NCBI RefSeq assembly: GCF_006345805.1
Contig: NW_021828278.1
Coordinates: 1 to 8,074 of the forward strand
DNA: 8,074 bases
Source: Octopus sinensis
Taxonomy: Eukaryota
Direction: 5' to 3'
Shown here: positions 7,273 through 8,074 of the stretch, piece by piece
Layout: every line of letters starts with the position of its first letter
Position numbering within the stretch: position 1 is the stretch's first letter
The notes under the pieces: model-generated
Told to the model about the DNA's origin: nothing
The model's database searches: none
Seen by the model: the letters and a program-made list of their open reading frames with translations, nothing else
Made by a program: the position numbers and the translations under genes

Positions 7273-8074
7273 ATTTACTATTAGAAAGAACGAACATGCA
7301 AAATATATGGCGTTACTTTGGATCATGTAATTTATGCACCATTGCAGAATTGTTAGAGCACACATGCTCTAAAGTGATTCCACATATTTTGCCATATACA
7401 TCCGTCCAATTTGGAACTACTTATAGCCATTCGTTGCTACACAGCTACCAGACCTTTGTTCTAGTATGTACAGTTATTCTAAAAACAGCTGCCGTGGAGA
7501 TTTTGTGTATTATTTCTTAATCTCTTATTTGCTGCATCATATAGTGAAATTGCTCTGACTATTATTTTCTTCCACCTCCCTCTCCACTATGCAATACATA
7601 TTCTTTTTTTTCGATGCAGATAAAACTATAAATAAATGCCGCAAATGACAAGTAATCGAAGAATTTTACCTGCTATACTCTAGTGTTACCATGCCCACAA
7701 ACCTGATATTAAAACATCTTTCTAAGAGCTAAGATTCACGTCATTAAATTTGATATAATGAAACAAAATTATTTGAGGTAGAATGTTTACTGCGCGGAAT
7801 TCAAAGGAATAGTCATTCCATAAAACCAAACCACACCCATTAAATTACATGCATTACCTGCTGGGTTTTTGCTGCCTTCTAGTAAAGTTAATTTATGTTT
7901 GAAGCTGAATAACAAACACCTCTACATCAGTCAATTTGTTAGCAGTTTTATACGTATAGTCTTTGACAGTCGTACCCTGACTAAATTACACGCGAAAGCC
8001 AAGAAATAAAAATTAACACCAATACAGCATATTTGAAACAAGATATATAACGTAATGTAATATTTTGTAGCAAC

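Noticed and set aside
7353-7372. 8-bp hairpin ttagagca-caca-tgctctaa
   Set aside because: It is short enough to be expected by chance in 8 kb and has no supporting context.
158-7520. ORF-track ORFs rich in YI, HT, CV and VC repeats
   Set aside because: They are translations of (TA)n, (CA)n and (TG)n tracts, which lack stop codons in some frames. They have no coding signature.
1-8074. CRISPR array, rRNA or prokaryotic operon structure
   Set aside because: There are no regularly spaced repeats with unique spacers, no rRNA motifs and no gene-dense organisation. The sequence is eukaryotic repeat-rich DNA.

Overview
AT-rich eukaryotic non-coding DNA (intron or intergenic). I estimate about a quarter of it is (TA)n, (CA/TG)n, (TACA)n and (GATA)n microsatellite. 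The tRNA-headed SINE fragments resemble octopus/cephalopod repeats as I recall them; this was not database-checked. No protein-coding gene can be supported: nearly all listed ORFs are microsatellite read-through, and the rest show no recognisable domain. The window holds a cluster of hammerhead ribozyme (HHR) motifs. One is a complete type I HHR with a perfect core (1339-1426, +). One is a minimal, dimer-type HHR with a CCGACGA core (7008-6972, -). One is a probable decayed core (331-364). The most interesting is at 4355-4419 (+): all three hammerhead strands and stems are present but in a reversed, non-circularly-permuted order, which forces a triple-crossing pseudoknot or trans/multimer assembly. 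Additional GUC/CUG target-like sites lie downstream of it. A 35-bp pri-miRNA-sized hairpin (523-598), a perfect 20-bp palindrome and a recent 95/97-bp tandem duplication are also present.
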